A DNA stretch of 63,975 nucleotides, the filler included, from Reticulomyxa filosa (lineage: Eukaryota; Protista; Foraminifera): the NCBI GenBank assembly GCA_000512085.1. It is 19 parts of 19 records of this genome, joined end to end, with 100 filler letters (N's around TTAATTAATTAA, not from the genome) between each part and the next. Parts side by side here need not be neighbours in the genome. Positions count along the whole stretch, not along the records: positions 37,914 to 42,220 come from ASPP01009246.1; positions 42,321 to 43,382 come from ASPP01000133.1; positions 43,483 to 44,588 come from ASPP01025896.1; positions 44,689 to 46,583 come from ASPP01028986.1; positions 46,684 to 47,971 come from ASPP01015307.1; positions 48,072 to 50,581 come from ASPP01023549.1; positions 50,682 to 62,514 come from ASPP01003403.1; 12 more parts are not named here. One strand, written 5' to 3'. Position numbers and translations under genes: made by a program. Every line of letters starts with the position of its first letter. The first letter of the stretch is position 1. The notes beneath the pieces are model-generated. The model did not search any database and was not told the DNA's origin. It was given only the letters and a program-made list of their open reading frames with translations. Shown piece by piece: positions 38,663 to 52,268 of this stretch.

Positions 38663-39659
38663 CATTTTTTTCTCACCTTTTTTTTTTCTTTTTTATTTTT
38701 TCTGTTTTTTTCTTTTTTTTTTACTATTTTTTCTTTTACTAATTTTTCTTTTATATTATCTTTTTTTTTTGTGCCCAGTTTTTTTTGGATTGTTATTTAT
38801 GGGTTAATCCCACTGTTCAATAAAAACACAAAGTAATATCGAGGAACATATTGCTTTGGTGTGTTTAAATAACGCCAAAAAAAATTAAAAAATAACAACC
38901 AAAACATTATACGTTGGGGCACCTTATTATTCAATGTTTTTATTTTTATTTTGTTTTTTCTGTTTTGAAATGAAAATATGATGGGTGTGGTTGTGCATTG
39001 TATTGAAGGGCAGTTTTCATTTTTGTAATTAAAGTAATTTTGATTTGTATTCTGTTGGTGTGAATGTACAAACATCAATAATTAATGAAGGAATTTTTTG
39101 TTTTGTTTTGTTCTTTTTTTCTCAATTGTGATTTTTTTTTCTTCATTTTTTTTTTTTCTTGTGTGGTTGTTGTTTGCTTGATCACTTATTATGTTTCAGA
39201 TTGGGAACTTTTATATTACTGTGCAAACAGAAACAATATGTGGACATTTTTTCTTATGAAACTTTTCATCTCTTATATCATCAAAAATGACAAGAAACAA
39301 ACAGTTTGTATTTCATTTATTAAGGATGGAAAACTTGAAAATATAAAATTTATTGATTTTATAAAAAGATTCAAACAAAATGTTTATCCAATTAATGAAA
39401 AAATATTTGCTTTTTTAATCGACAAAATTAAGTTATAATAAAACATAATAAGTTTTTAAGCGTTTTGAGGAAAAAGGTGCCCACCAAATTCAATGTTCCT
39501 AATCGTCATTAAATGTCTTTTCCGGTTATTCCACTAACACCTTTGGGTCCTACATCAAAAATACAAATAAGTTTTACTAATGTTGGTTATTTTTTTAACA
39601 AAAAAATTGCTGTGTTCAGAATGTTATTGGTCAATGCAAACCAGCATTACAAAATCTAT

Positions 39660-42150
39660 GTCTTCCTTTTACTGTCGATCACATACAAACTTCGATGATC
39701 GACAAAGGTAAAAGACAATTTAGTAGGCATTTGTTGTATTAAGCGACACTGACCCTCCTCATCAAAACAAAAAAAATTACTTTTTTTTGTTCAGTTGTCG
39801 CAATTGTCATCAATAAAATGTCAATGTTTTCAATTGAACAAAATTACCTTTCCACTTTAACAATTTGTTCAATCGATAAGCATTTGCTCGTCGGATGGCC
39901 GCTGTTCAAAAAAGTTCAACAATGCTGCATCCTCGTGCTCTTCTTCAGAATCAATTTCTGCGGCATCGCCTACGTTTTGATTGTCCTTGTGATCGTTTTG
40001 TGCACTATTAGCCGTATCAAGGACAAATAGTTGTTCTTCATCCAAATCATCTTTAGTTTCTCCATCGCCTTGCTCTTCATCATTATTTTCTGCTTTATCA
40101 AATCCACCATCGCTTTTTTCTGCGTCTTCATTATTTGACAGTTCTTCATTTGTATCTTCATCCTCGTCATTTAGTTCGTCAAGTGGGATATTTTCAGTAT
40201 CCTCGTTCTCATTGTCCTCATATTGGATCAAATGAGAATTCGATTTGAAAAACATATCACCAAAAATTAAAAAAGAGCTTGGCTTCTCTTGAAAGAGGCG
40301 CGCTACGTTATGGGCATCGAACATTCGTTGGCTCCATTCAATCAATTCAAAATACAGATTCTTTTCAATCAATAAACGATCGTAATAATATTCATAAATT
40401 GACCACAACAATCTGTGAATTTTTTAACGTGATATTTTTACACTCTGCATTGTCCTTAAAAAAACAAAACAAAATAAAACAAAATAAAAAAAATCAGAAG
40501 AAGTATTTCCTTCAAAGACTTTCTCAGAGATCTTGGTACTTAAAACTTCCATTTTTCATCCGCACAAAAAAAACATATGACATTGTTTGTGGAATGTTAT
40601 CACAAAACAGTAATAATTGGGTATTGGTCCATTCTTTACAATCAATCCAATAAATATCACTCTCACAATTTAGTTTACCCTTAATTGGCAATTCCATAAG
40701 TCGCCGGAAGAATGCAGACGCAACAATTTTGTCAAAATTAACTGCAGAAGTGTTCAAATTATTTGCTGTTGCCACTGACTCCAAATAAGCTCGTAAAAAA
40801 GTCATTATGTTTAATCCGCTGTCCATGTGCTCATCCAAAACAAAAGAAAACAGTTTGTTCAGCACTACACTCATGTCATTGCGGCTACCATTACGTTTTT
40901 GCTGAGTGCTCCAAAGGGCCAGTGCACTGCAAAAGTGGCTATTAATCGAACGATTTTGAGCAACTGTAAATTGATCTGCTGCCTTACGCCAACGCAAATG
41001 AATCAAAGCCAGACGGTCATTGCTGACTTGGTCACCTCTCTTTAATTCTTCCAAAGCCATGCATACCTCCTGTCCACACCACATTGAATCACTTTGCAGT
41101 TTCACACGCCTGGAAAGAATAAAGGGTGGGAAAAAAAACAAACCGAATTTTCATTAAGCGAGTTTCCGCAAGAGAGAAAAAAAAAAGTTAACCTGAAAAT
41201 AAGGATTTCCATAAGGGCGAAAATGCGGGTTTTTTAAAAAAGGCTTCTCTCCAACAGAGCTTCCGGCGAGTAACGAAGCAGTATCGGACATCAAAAAAGA
41301 GTAGTCCTTATCGTCTTTTGCTATCAGGTCGCTCACACAAAAGTATTTTCGATATTTTGGTGCCTTTGGCTTCGATTTCTTTTGTGTTTGTAGTCGTTCA
41401 TATCTATTAAATTTTTTTTTAGTGTAATTTGACACGAAACACCTATTTTTGTTAAAAAAGAAAATCCGGCAATTTTTGCAAATGTGACATACTCACTTTT
41501 CCCACAATTGTTCCAAAATTGATTCTTCCAACAGACTAACCAATCGAGGATCATCGAGACTCTTTAACGTTTGTCCCACTACTTCGGTGAATTCCTCTTT
41601 GGTAATTGATGAAGCTTGAAAAGCGACACACCGAGACAACAATAAATCTAAAAATTTTTCTTTGCGGTCCATGTTCTGTATGAAAAACAAAAGTGATAAG
41701 ATATTTCTTTTTGAAAAAGGGGGTACTTGTGACCGTCAGAAAGTTTTGTAAGACGCGAGGACCCATCAAAAACAAACTAGAACAGTTATGGACCTCCAAA
41801 ATTTTGATTTTTCCTTGAAATGCCTGGATCACTTTTGTTGATAGATGATGACTTTGAAAATCAATTGGAATAAGTTGCAGTTAAAAAATCAAAGCTGCAA
41901 ACACTACGTAAAACTAAACCAAATGGTGAATCTACAATTCATACACCCAGTCCACATACCAAGACAACTACATCAAAAAGCACAATGGCCAACGTAATCA
42001 AAACAATGAAACGGTGTCACACTTTTGTGTCCTCTTGCTTTCTGATCAACAGCCACACAGTAACAGTAACAAAGTACGATATTCACCACTAGTGTTCGTT
42101 TCAATCCATTTCTTAAGGGATTGTCCATTACCATGGCGCTGGCCAAATAC
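39660..42150 (-). CDS. Large multi-exon hypothetical protein with an acidic tract, 5'-partial
   Basis: Series of open exons (about 41500-41680, 41193-41403, 40525-41110, 39870-40413) separated by GT-AG introns, with a D/E-rich segment at about 40000-40220. No confident homology and the 3' end is uncertain. Confidence 0.6.
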
Positions 42151-42320
42151 CTATGTCACATAACATCAATGCATAAACACCATCCAAAACTCAAGTGACA
42201 AAAAAAAAAAAGAGTAACTTNNNNNNNNNNNNNNNNNNNNNNNNNNNNNNNNNNNNNNNNNNNNTTAATTAATTAANNNNNNNNNNNNNNNNNNNNNNNN
42301 NNNNNNNNNNNNNNNNNNNN

Positions 42321-42496
42321 AAAGAGATGAATTGAATCTCAATATTTCCCTGGGACTTCAAAACTTCGAAAAAGATTGAGTGAGTTGAGCATTGGAATTG
42401 CTCCTGTAATTCCCCTGACATTTCACAGGGAAGAGTTGATATGTTTTGTTGATCTTTTCCTTTTTTTAGTTGTTTTCATTAGAGTACTGTGTTCCT
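42321..42496. repeat. Dispersed repeat with conserved stem-loop, probable LINE 3' end (copy 1)
   Basis: Aligns with 62917-63025 plus 63154-63210. Both copies have TTCCCTG...CAGGGAA and GAGCA-N7-TGCTC. Confidence 0.8.
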
Positions 42497-42859
42497 AAAA
42501 AAAAATCTTGCTTGTTGGTTTCCGGGCCTTTGGGGCATTTTCGTTGCTTTCCGGCCTTTGACTCCTCGCGCACTTTTGGCGCGGGCGCGTTCGGCATTAA
42601 CGCATGTTAATGATATGCCTAGAAGCGATGAGGGGAAGTATTTTGGCATTTCTGCCACCCTTTCGCGCCAGCATTTACCCCTATTGACTTTTAGTTAGTC
42701 AATGATGATGCAAGGGGATATATATTTTTTTTGATTTATTGTTTGTCAGATTTTGGATGTTCTTTTTGTTCTTCTTTCTCTTATGTTTTCGGCTCGTTAT
42801 TATTTTCTTTAGGCGCTTCATTTCCATTTCTTTGACTATTGTTGACAGTATATAAATAC

Positions 42860-43382
42860 TTCTTTGATTGTTATTGCACATTAGGTTTAATTGAAATGCT
42901 TTGCAATTCAAGAAAGCCCAATAACTTTCTCTCTTGTGATATCACTTTAATGTGATCACATGACCAAATGCATAGCTTATTGGTGTTCAATGCTTTGAAT
43001 TGCCCTCACGCTGTTAACCATATGCTGATGTTTCTCCAATAGCGATTTCCTTAGCAGCTTTCTTGTACAGCACCAAATTCCTTGGTGTTCTTTGTTTACG
43101 AAATCTGTTCTTTGACTTTTGAACTCTCTTTCGTAATCAAGATAACCATCACTCCACCATGGCTTGCCTTTGCATATCGTCCTGATACCAATTGTTGCTT
43201 CACCAGCTTCAACAACACCTTTGGTCCAAGATTCGACAACTTTATCCAATAGAATCCAATTGTTAATATTTCTTTTCCCATTTGTTGCTTCTCAGATTCC
43301 ATGTCTCAATCTTTTATCGTTCAATTTGTGGTAATGACCACACTTTCAAAGTTACAATTTTGTAGTAAAGTGATAAAACAAA
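42860..43382 (-). mobile_element. Decayed LINE ORF2 fragment (endonuclease-RT linker)
   Basis: 'VESWTKGVVEAGEATIGIRTICKGKPWWS' followed by K/R-rich helices is typical of the region between APE and RT. Frameshifted. Confidence 0.6.
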
Positions 43383-43482
43383 NNNNNNNNNNNNNNNNNN
43401 NNNNNNNNNNNNNNNNNNNNNNNNNNTTAATTAATTAANNNNNNNNNNNNNNNNNNNNNNNNNNNNNNNNNNNNNNNNNNNN

Positions 43483-43578
43483 AAGAAGTTCTTCCTTGAA
43501 CAAAATACATTGTATTGCTGTGAATGATTTTGGTAATTCAGGCAAAGTTTGAAAGTAGTTGTTGACTTGAGTAGACAT
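43483..43578 (-). CDS. N-terminus of a Kelch-like family protein, cut by gap (not in ORF track)
   Basis: MSTQVNNYFQTLPELPKSFTAIQCILFKEEL parallels HFETLDSLPSQFRLAQCVAYDNEIL in the 53764 gene. Confidence 0.65.
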
Positions 43579-46500
43579 GTTAGATTAATCTTTTTTTTTG
43601 AAGTATGCTAGATAACCCTTTTTTTTTTGGAACGAACTCGAAAGTGGTTGAAATAAAAAAAAAATGATTATTTTTATAAAGTAATGAGTTTTGAGATTTT
43701 TGTAGTCACTTTTTTAGATTTTATTTAATTGGATGAGTAATGACTTGAGGATTTGTTGATTATTAAATCACTTTGCACAATTGTATATTTGCAATCAATA
43801 CAAGAATAAAAGCAAGAACATGTTCTTACAGACAAAATGATAACTTATTCACATTTTATTTTTTTTTGATGTTTTCTTTTTCTTTTTAAAACTTGTTGAA
43901 AATATTTCGAAAAGAACATTCCTTGATGAGAAAGAGATATAAATTTTTTTTTTCATAGTATGAAAAGAACTCTAAAAACACTGTTTTTGAGTTATGCAGT
44001 CAGCATGTAGTGCCAATTAAAGCAAAAGTGTCAAAATGTATATCAATTGTAATGAGGTAGTTGTTTCTTTCATGGGACAAGAAAATAGATTTGCAAATAA
44101 TCAATTTAACTGATTAAAAAATCGTTTTTACTAATTGTTAAGATGTACGCTCGATTATCAATACGTATAAAAATATCTTTAATTTGCAAAGATTGGGATA
44201 ATGTAATTGCTATGAAAAAATCTAGCTTTGTGATAGAAAATAGCAAATGAAAATCAAAGGATTACCAATTCATTGAGAATTAACGAAAAAGTTGTCTTTT
44301 TTTGTTATCTAAAATTCATTTATTGCTTTTTTCTTTATAAAGCACAGATTTGCAATTAAAATGTCTATGAGAAAAAATGCTGAAATACACAGATGTGCAC
44401 AAATAAAAAATGAATATAATAAACAATCAAATTTATGAAATATCATTAATCAGCCAACATCTTGTCCTCTCCACGAATGTGCAATCAAAAATTTGAGTAT
44501 CAGAGTGATTTATGATTAATATACTGTTAACAAAAAACTCGAAAAAAAAAAACTACTTCAAAAAACTTTTTAGAGTCGACAAGAGTTTNNNNNNNNNNNN
44601 NNNNNNNNNNNNNNNNNNNNNNNNNNNNNNNNTTAATTAATTAANNNNNNNNNNNNNNNNNNNNNNNNNNNNNNNNNNNNNNNNNNNNTATGCCACGTAA
44701 TATAGAAGTAAGCAGCAAAGATATTTGCTTTCTTGTTTCTAGAAAGCATTGTTAATCAGAGATATATATTTCTCATTTGAAGGAACAATAATGGATCACA
44801 AATAAACAAAATTTAAAAAAGTGAATAGTAAGAGAATTTGCATACATTTGATGATATAATTCCAACAGTGTCCATTCATTAATTGTTATTTTTACTTTTT
44901 TACTAACAAACGGCAATCGCAGCACTATCTAGATTGAGAAAAGTTAGTCAATTCTGTTAGCTAGATGAATTTTTTCGCAACTTTCAAATTTTGTGCTTGG
45001 TTTTTGATTGTGATGCTGTTTATGTATGGAAAAAAAAAGGAAGCGACTTGGGAAATGAAAAACGTATAATTTGTCATTAGACGTGGATTTTATAGTGTAT
45101 ACATTTTAATTGACACTGACTACTTTGCGGATTATTGCTGGGTAAAGCGGGTCTTTTTTTTTGTGAACAACAGCATTTGCTGTTAAATAAGACAACAATT
45201 TTTTGCTTAGTGTACTGCTTGGTATACAGCAACGCTGCTATGCGTGTTTATCAGGAAGCTAACCACCTTTGATATCTGGAATTATCAGTTAACAAGCTTT
45301 TTTTTTTCTGTTTGTTACGGGTCCTTCACACCCCTTTTTTAAAAAAGCACTGACATTGCGTTTTCCAAAAAAAAAATTGCTGGACCTGTTATTGTAGTCC
45401 ACAACTTGTGAAAAATGTGGGAAAATGAGCAATCTTTTATAATTGAAATTTTGGGTCATTTTTTAGTTTTTTTGAACCTGTTTTTAAAAAATGACCCAGT
45501 TTTTTATTCATTCAAACAGAAAATTAATTTTTAATTTGGCAATTATTACTTAAGTCAGTTATTATGTTTTTGATCTGTTTTATTGAATGAAAATTATGTA
45601 AAATTATCAATCAAAACAATATGTGGCAAGGGGGAGCTTGGTTCCAGTTTTTTTATTTGTGATCATGTAATGTTTGTCTTTGTCGATAAAACAACAAGTT
45701 TCTGGCCCTGTCAACACTTAGTAAGTAATATTGATTATGTTTCTCGTTGCTACAAGTAAAAGTGTTTGTTCTTAACTTTTTTCTTAACTTTTTTCAATTA
45801 AAATTACGAAAAAACATTAACAACTTGAATATGATTAACAAACATTTCGCAGCCGAGTATTATATTTTTTGTTTAGGTAATCTTCTGCGTCTTGTGAATT
45901 TTATTGAACGTAAAGAATCTTCAATTACTTTTGCTTTGCATTTAATGTATTACATCATCTCTCGCCTTTCATTATTTCTGCAATTCTTGTAAATCCAAGC
46001 GTAGTGCAATCACTGCTTGCAATAAGTGGCCGTTTGTTTTTGAAAACGTTCTCGCACATTACAAATAATATATCTTGTCTTACAAATGAACGGCGAATAT
46101 TTTTCTTTACGCAGTATTGCAATTAGCAACATGACGAAGATTCAACTAGTACTACAAAGTCGCGCCAAATAAAAAGAATTTCAAAAATTGTTATTCATGT
46201 GCTCATTTTCGCACATAGTGTTCTTAATATATTATGAAAATTTTCGTATGATTTATTGGAAGAAAATGTAAATGTTAACACGAAATTAAAAAATTATACG
46301 TACATTTATTGCATAAACAAAATAAACACGTCATCTCAATTTGCATATACATTACAACGAAATTCTTTAAAAATATATACGTTTGTATTTTACATAAAGT
46401 GTTTTCAATTACCACAAACATTATTGTACTAAATTATCTTTTTTAATCACAAATGATAATAAACTCACAAACAAAATATTGCTCTTCGTGTAAATCTAAA

Positions 46501-46683
46501 TATGTTGTTTTACATTATTTATATTAATATATTTAAATAAGTATATATCCAGAAAAAAGCACATTCATAGCACATTTTCTAATNNNNNNNNNNNNNNNNN
46601 NNNNNNNNNNNNNNNNNNNNNNNNNNNTTAATTAATTAANNNNNNNNNNNNNNNNNNNNNNNNNNNNNNNNNNNNNNNNNNNN

Positions 46684-46735
46684 ACTACTATTATTATTAT
46701 TGTTATTGTTATTATTATTATTATTGTTATTATTA

Positions 46736-46785
<50 letters not shown>

Positions 46786-47936
46786 GTTGTTGTTATTGTT
46801 GTTGCTGTTACTGTTGCTGTTGCTGTTGTTTGCATTACTAGTACTCGAGGCCATACGCTGTTCCAAAAACTCGGCGACACTGTCAATCGACTTGGACTGA
46901 GAACTGCTGCTGCCACTGGTCGTGTTGTTCAGAGTCGAAGAGATGGAGGAGATATTGGACATGGACGTGGAGCTGGCATTGCTCTTATGAGACCCAAACT
47001 CGTCCATTGACGAAAAGTGGAGTTTCCCAGAAACGTCACTCTTATGTTTTTGCTCCATTCTTATCATATGTTTGATGACACTCAGCAAACACGATTTGTC
47101 ACGAATCAATTCGACAAACACTAACTCTGTCAAAATTCGTAGATTGATTTTCTGTCGATTGAACAATCTACAAAGCAAACAAACAATTAATTGGATAGAT
47201 TGAATGAATACAAATATAAAAATATAAATAAATAAATGAATATATACACATATATATATATACATGTATATGTACATATATATATATTCATTTATTTATT
47301 TATGTTTGTTTGTTTATATTGAAAATAAACTCAGAAGACGAAGCACTCGAAATTTTATGTGATTTCGGATTGAAAATATCTAGAATGGCATCTTTAAACT
47401 TTTTGCCAAACTTGTCATACATTTGATGAAACGAGCTGACCAAAGTGACCAAAGCTTCAATTTCCAACGAGTCATTGTTGATAGGAATAGTGGACAAGTC
47501 GCGCACAATTTCTTTCAAATAGCGGTCCAATTTGAACGTGGACATTTCTTTGACAATGCTTTGGACATTTTTCAGATTGCCCGGTTCATTGAACCCTTTA
47601 ATTTTTTTTAAAAATGTTTGAATTTTTTTGATATTGGTTTCGCCCTTTTTATTCGATGCACCCCGCCAATGCTACTTGCTTTTGTTTCTTTCTTTTGTTT
47701 TTTCGCATCCTTTTGCTTTTTATTCCCACCTTCTCCGTTCTCATTGTCCTCGCCATTCTCCTCGTCCATATCCATCCCTGCTCCCGTCTCGTCGTCTTCA
47801 TTCTCTTCACTCGTCTTCTGGCGTTTCTTGTTCGCCAACTTGTTCGCCTCTCGCAGTCGCGTTCGCTTCTCCCATCCTTTTCATAATTGTCTAAACGCAT
47901 TTGCGCAACCTTTTTGGCGTACTCCCATTCTTTCAA
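46684..47936 (-). CDS. UPF2: Probable UPF2 (nonsense-mediated decay factor), first MIF4G region, partial
   Basis: KKIKGF...L.RYL.EIV..L......E....L.S.FHQMY..F and RQKINLRILTELVFV..I resemble UPF2 MIF4G-1 (L.KY..E.V..I...CSLFHQRY..F; R..LR...EL..V). Poly-Asn insert follows. Confidence 0.65.
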
Positions 47937-48769
47937 CCGTTGCTGTTCCTCTTCAATCTTTTTCCCCCATANNNNNNNNNNNNNNNNNNNNNNNNNNNNN
48001 NNNNNNNNNNNNNNNTTAATTAATTAANNNNNNNNNNNNNNNNNNNNNNNNNNNNNNNNNNNNNNNNNNNNAAAAAAAAACATGAAAGTGGTTCATTACT
48101 GTAAATTAATCCTATTTCAAAATTTTGCAAATTTGTGACATTCTTTTAAAAAAAATATAAATTACGTTTCTGCTTACAATTTTGCAGTTTAGTTAATTTT
48201 TGTTTTAGTGAAATGCTGAACTGTTTATTTTTATACAGAATAAACAGAATCTATTACATAAACAGTATTTTACTCAACTTCTTTTTTTTTTTTTTTCCAT
48301 GTTATTTTTCTATTTTAACTTGAGATCGAGATTTTTTTTGTGAAAAAAGTTTTTGGAGATTGCCGTGAACTTTAATTTTTTTGTAAAACTTAAAAAAAAG
48401 TAAAATGACATACAATGACAGTGCCCACGAGGTTATGACCATATCACTTTCGTTCGCTGATTCATTTTCTTCCTCCTCCCACTTCCCTTCGACAACCAAA
48501 CCCATCGCTGGCACCATAGGTTTTTTTTTTTTGTGTTCCTCCCTTGGGGCTTGAATAAGTGTTACAAATATTTACCAAGAGGCGACGAAAATTTTGAAAA
48601 AAAACAAAAGTATTTTTTTAAAACTTTTTAAATATTTTGAGTCACAATTGCTTTAAGAGAAACAAGAGGTTTTAAAAAAAAAAATTTAGAAAAACAAGCG
48701 AATGAAAAAAGAAAGAACGAAAAAGAGAAGGACAAATTTAGTGAAAAACACTATCTAAAAAAGGAGTGC

Positions 48770-49859
48770 ATGAGTATTGACAAAATCGAGACGCGAATGC
48801 AGTGCCATAAGAATGAAAAAGAAACTAGCATTGAAAACAAAATGGAAGAAAATGCCGAGCTTTCAACCCAATCAAAAATAGGATCGAAAATAAAAAAAGA
48901 AGCACAATGGTCACACACCAATGTTGGAACGACAGCAACAAATGGCAGTATAAGATTGAATGAAAACAATATAATAATTAAAACCGAGGAAACAACACTA
49001 GATGGATCAATTGAAACAACTGAAAATATGACAGCTGACAACAACAATAACAACAATAACAACAATAACAACAATAACAATAATAATAACAATAGTTACA
49101 ATAGAAACAAAGAAGACCTTGAAGTTGATATGCGAACGCCCACAAAAATAGTGAGAACATTTTCACAAACGCTAGCGTATCCTTACTTTTTATTGAAAAT
49201 GCAAAAAGAGATGGAGCAAGGTGTGCAAGGAAGAGCCGCCAAAAACGTTAGTCTTCAAACACAAAATTGGCCAGCGCAAAGATCACAGTCCAAACCACAA
49301 AGCCCTGGAGTCATTCCACAAAACCAACTGCAAATGCATTTTGATAGCAATAGTCGACAAAAGAACTCATCACCCAACAAATTGTTTGCTTTGTATACAA
49401 ATTCAACAGATGAATCTCAGTGCAGTGTGCAACAAATTGGTATGGTTTATTTTTAACTTTTTTTTTTTAATTTAAAAAAAAAAAAATAATAAATAAAAAA
49501 ATATATATATGTATATATTTATGTATAAGATTTGGCCAAGTTTAATATATACATATAATATATTGCATGACAATAAAAAAAAAAAAAAAAAAGGATATAA
49601 CAGTAATGTAAGCCTAAGTCCAACCAGCGTGAGCATGGATGAGACGACCAACTGGTTGGAAAATGAGACGAAAAAAAGCGACGATAGCAGCTACGTATCG
49701 AAAGAAGAGAGCCATCGCATTGCGGTCAATTGTACCCCCATTCCACACGTAAATGCAAAATGTTGTACCATTGCGGTGCGTTCATCGACACATTCTTTTG
49801 ACTCGGATGCCGAAATTAAACTGCCATCTTTTTTGTTAATATCGATATATACACTGCTA

Positions 49860-49890
<31 letters not shown>

Positions 49891-50563
49891 AAATTATATA
49901 AAAATTTATTTATTTATTTGTATCACATATTTGTTCTATGTATGAAATGCACCCCATAGATCTCGATTGAATGCATGCACATCCATGAATGAAGCGAACA
50001 AAAGCAATTGCAATTGTGGTTTGAATTGCACTTGTAATGGCCCCACTCAAGATTCAACAGCGTCAAGTCCGACAAACCGACATAGCGGGAACACTCATGA
50101 CAAACATATTGAAAACGGTTGGAGTCCGACAACGAACGTGCATCTGATGAACACAATCCAAACAACGCACAACAATGTGACAATGACGACGAAGAACGAG
50201 GAATGTGAAATGGAGTATGCCCGTCGATTTGTCATGGGAACAAAGTGCGAGGATATTGACGTGGTGCACCATTATGTGGAAAGCGTTTGTCACCGCAAAA
50301 AAAAAAACCACAGATTGAATGCGTGGGATTTGACAAATCCTGCTATCATTCGAGACTCAGACCATCTGCAATGCATTGACAGTCAGCACTTTCGCTATCG
50401 AGAACTATTGCCTGCCAATTACCTGCAGCTGTGGACTAAAGAAGAATCGATTGGCCCATGGCAAAAAAAAAATGCGCACCGTTGCAATCATTCCAAAAAT
50501 GAACCTTTGCGTGCTCATTTCGCTTTGATGAAAAAGTTCTTATCTTTTTTTTTTTTTAAATAG
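48770..50563 (+). CDS. Hypothetical multi-exon protein, low-complexity N-terminus, 3'-partial
   Basis: Three long open exons (48770-49439, about 49594-49820, about 49961-50535) separated by AT-rich introns, with a poly-Asn tract. Confidence 0.55.
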
Positions 50564-50681
50564 TTATTTTTATATTGTTTTNNNNNNNNNNNNNNNNNNN
50601 NNNNNNNNNNNNNNNNNNNNNNNNNTTAATTAATTAANNNNNNNNNNNNNNNNNNNNNNNNNNNNNNNNNNNNNNNNNNNN

Positions 50682-50720
<39 letters not shown>

Positions 50721-50781
50721 ACCCCTAGTGCACAATAAACAACCAAACAAATAAAAAAATTCTAAATGAAACTCTCGACAG

Positions 50782-51694
50782 GATCTACTTATGCTTCAAA
50801 GGAAGTGTGTATGCGTTGTCACGTTTCTGGCTAGCACTCGTGACAATAATCTTTACTCTGGGCGTCGATGCAGTTGGATCAGCGTATATATATTATCACT
50901 ATCCATCCAACGAAGAGGTACACGTTCCTGGCCACTGTCGATCGTCGAATATGGGCCCACACGGTAAAGAAAATGTCCACATTGGAGTGACTTTTGATGG
51001 CGCGTGGCCTTTGTTCTGCTGGTTTTTGTTTTTGCTGCAATTAACTCGATTGATCGTTACGAAAATAAGCGTACATCTCAACAATATTCACACATTTTTT
51101 TTTTTTTTTTTTTGCCAAAAGTGACAAAAAAAAAAACCAACTATATAGAGATCTGTGTCAATGGATGAGCAAAGTTTGAGATTGAATAGTTGGACTGTAG
51201 CTTATGTCAAAGAATTGTTTCGGCTGATATTGAAAATGACGATTTTATCTTTCACTTCTGCTGCTGGGAGTTTGATTTTGGGATACGCGTTGTGGATTTA
51301 TTATCCAACTGTAGCTTCCGTCTTGAACATCACCATTGACTCGTTTTGGTATTAAGATTTTTTTTTTCTCTTTTTATTATATACCCCTCTCAATTTTTCT
51401 CTGTGTGTGCGCTGCAGTATTTTTTTATCCTTTCGATTCCAAAATGATCTGTTTCAAAGCATATTCTGCTGTGTCACTTCTGACAATTTAACACGATTTT
51501 GCGTGGCTGCGTTTGGCTCATGGTGCGAGAACTTAAAAGCCATTGATTGGACGGATAATGCATTACAAAGCAGTCAGACAATAACTCGAGTTGCGAGTGG
51601 AAGTGAACTCAATCAAAGCAAAAAGAAACAAACAATTACAAGTAGCCCCACAGATCCAAATCAATTGCCTTTGTCGACATTTAGCGACGTTTAA
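50782..51694 (+). CDS. Multi-pass membrane protein, 7TM/GPCR-like C-terminal half, 5'-partial
   Basis: Four hydrophobic helices across 3 exons, an extracellular Cys, 'KMTILS...' and 'IDSF|CIFLSF', then a Cys-containing polar tail. Confidence 0.55.
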
Positions 51695-52268
51695 TCGTGT
51701 TCATAACTGTAATCGAAAGACGTATACAATAAACAATAACGTTAATTCATGTCGTAAATTGTTTATAAATTTTCTTTTTTTTTTTGCACAATTCATTTTT
51801 TTATTGTTTGGGTGTCCAGAATTTTAATTTTTTTTTTTTACATGGTTGCTTTTTCTTGCTTTGTCTCCTGGTTAAGGTTTCTCAACTAGCCGTTTTGTTT
51901 GTTAAACTTTTTCTTTGTTGAAAATACTTTTTATTTTTCATTATATTTGTTTTCGGTCTTTGTCTTTATGATAACAGAACTTTTTTTCAAAGGGTCTTAA
52001 AACTCTTCAAAAAAACTTTTTACTCCCCTAATAATACAATGCGACAAAAAATGTTTGACGTAAGAAAGTAACTCTTTTTCCTTGTAATTAAAAAAAAGAG
52101 CAAACACACACAAAATTTGACTTTCGTCTTGTTACAAGGCGACGAGAGGATAAAAAAATTCCCAATTGAAAGCAACTCAACCCCCCCGGCGCATAAAAAA
52201 AAAAATGGCCGAAAATTTTTTTAAAAAAATCTCTTTTTCCCCTTTCAACAAAACAAATCAATTTACAT

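Noticed and set aside
42620-42670. Possible hammerhead ribozyme (GATGAG...stem...TTTCG)
   Set aside because: No CUGANGA and GAAA on the same strand in the right order.
44689-46583. ncRNA or tRNA in the long non-coding contig
   Set aside because: Only short incidental hairpins. No cloverleaf, box A/B or snRNA motifs recognised.
46700-46900. Poly-Leu / poly-Ile 'membrane' ORFs (also 5966-6220, 46632-46916, 48751-49092)
   Set aside because: Antisense or off-frame readings of AAT/AAC poly-Asn tracts.
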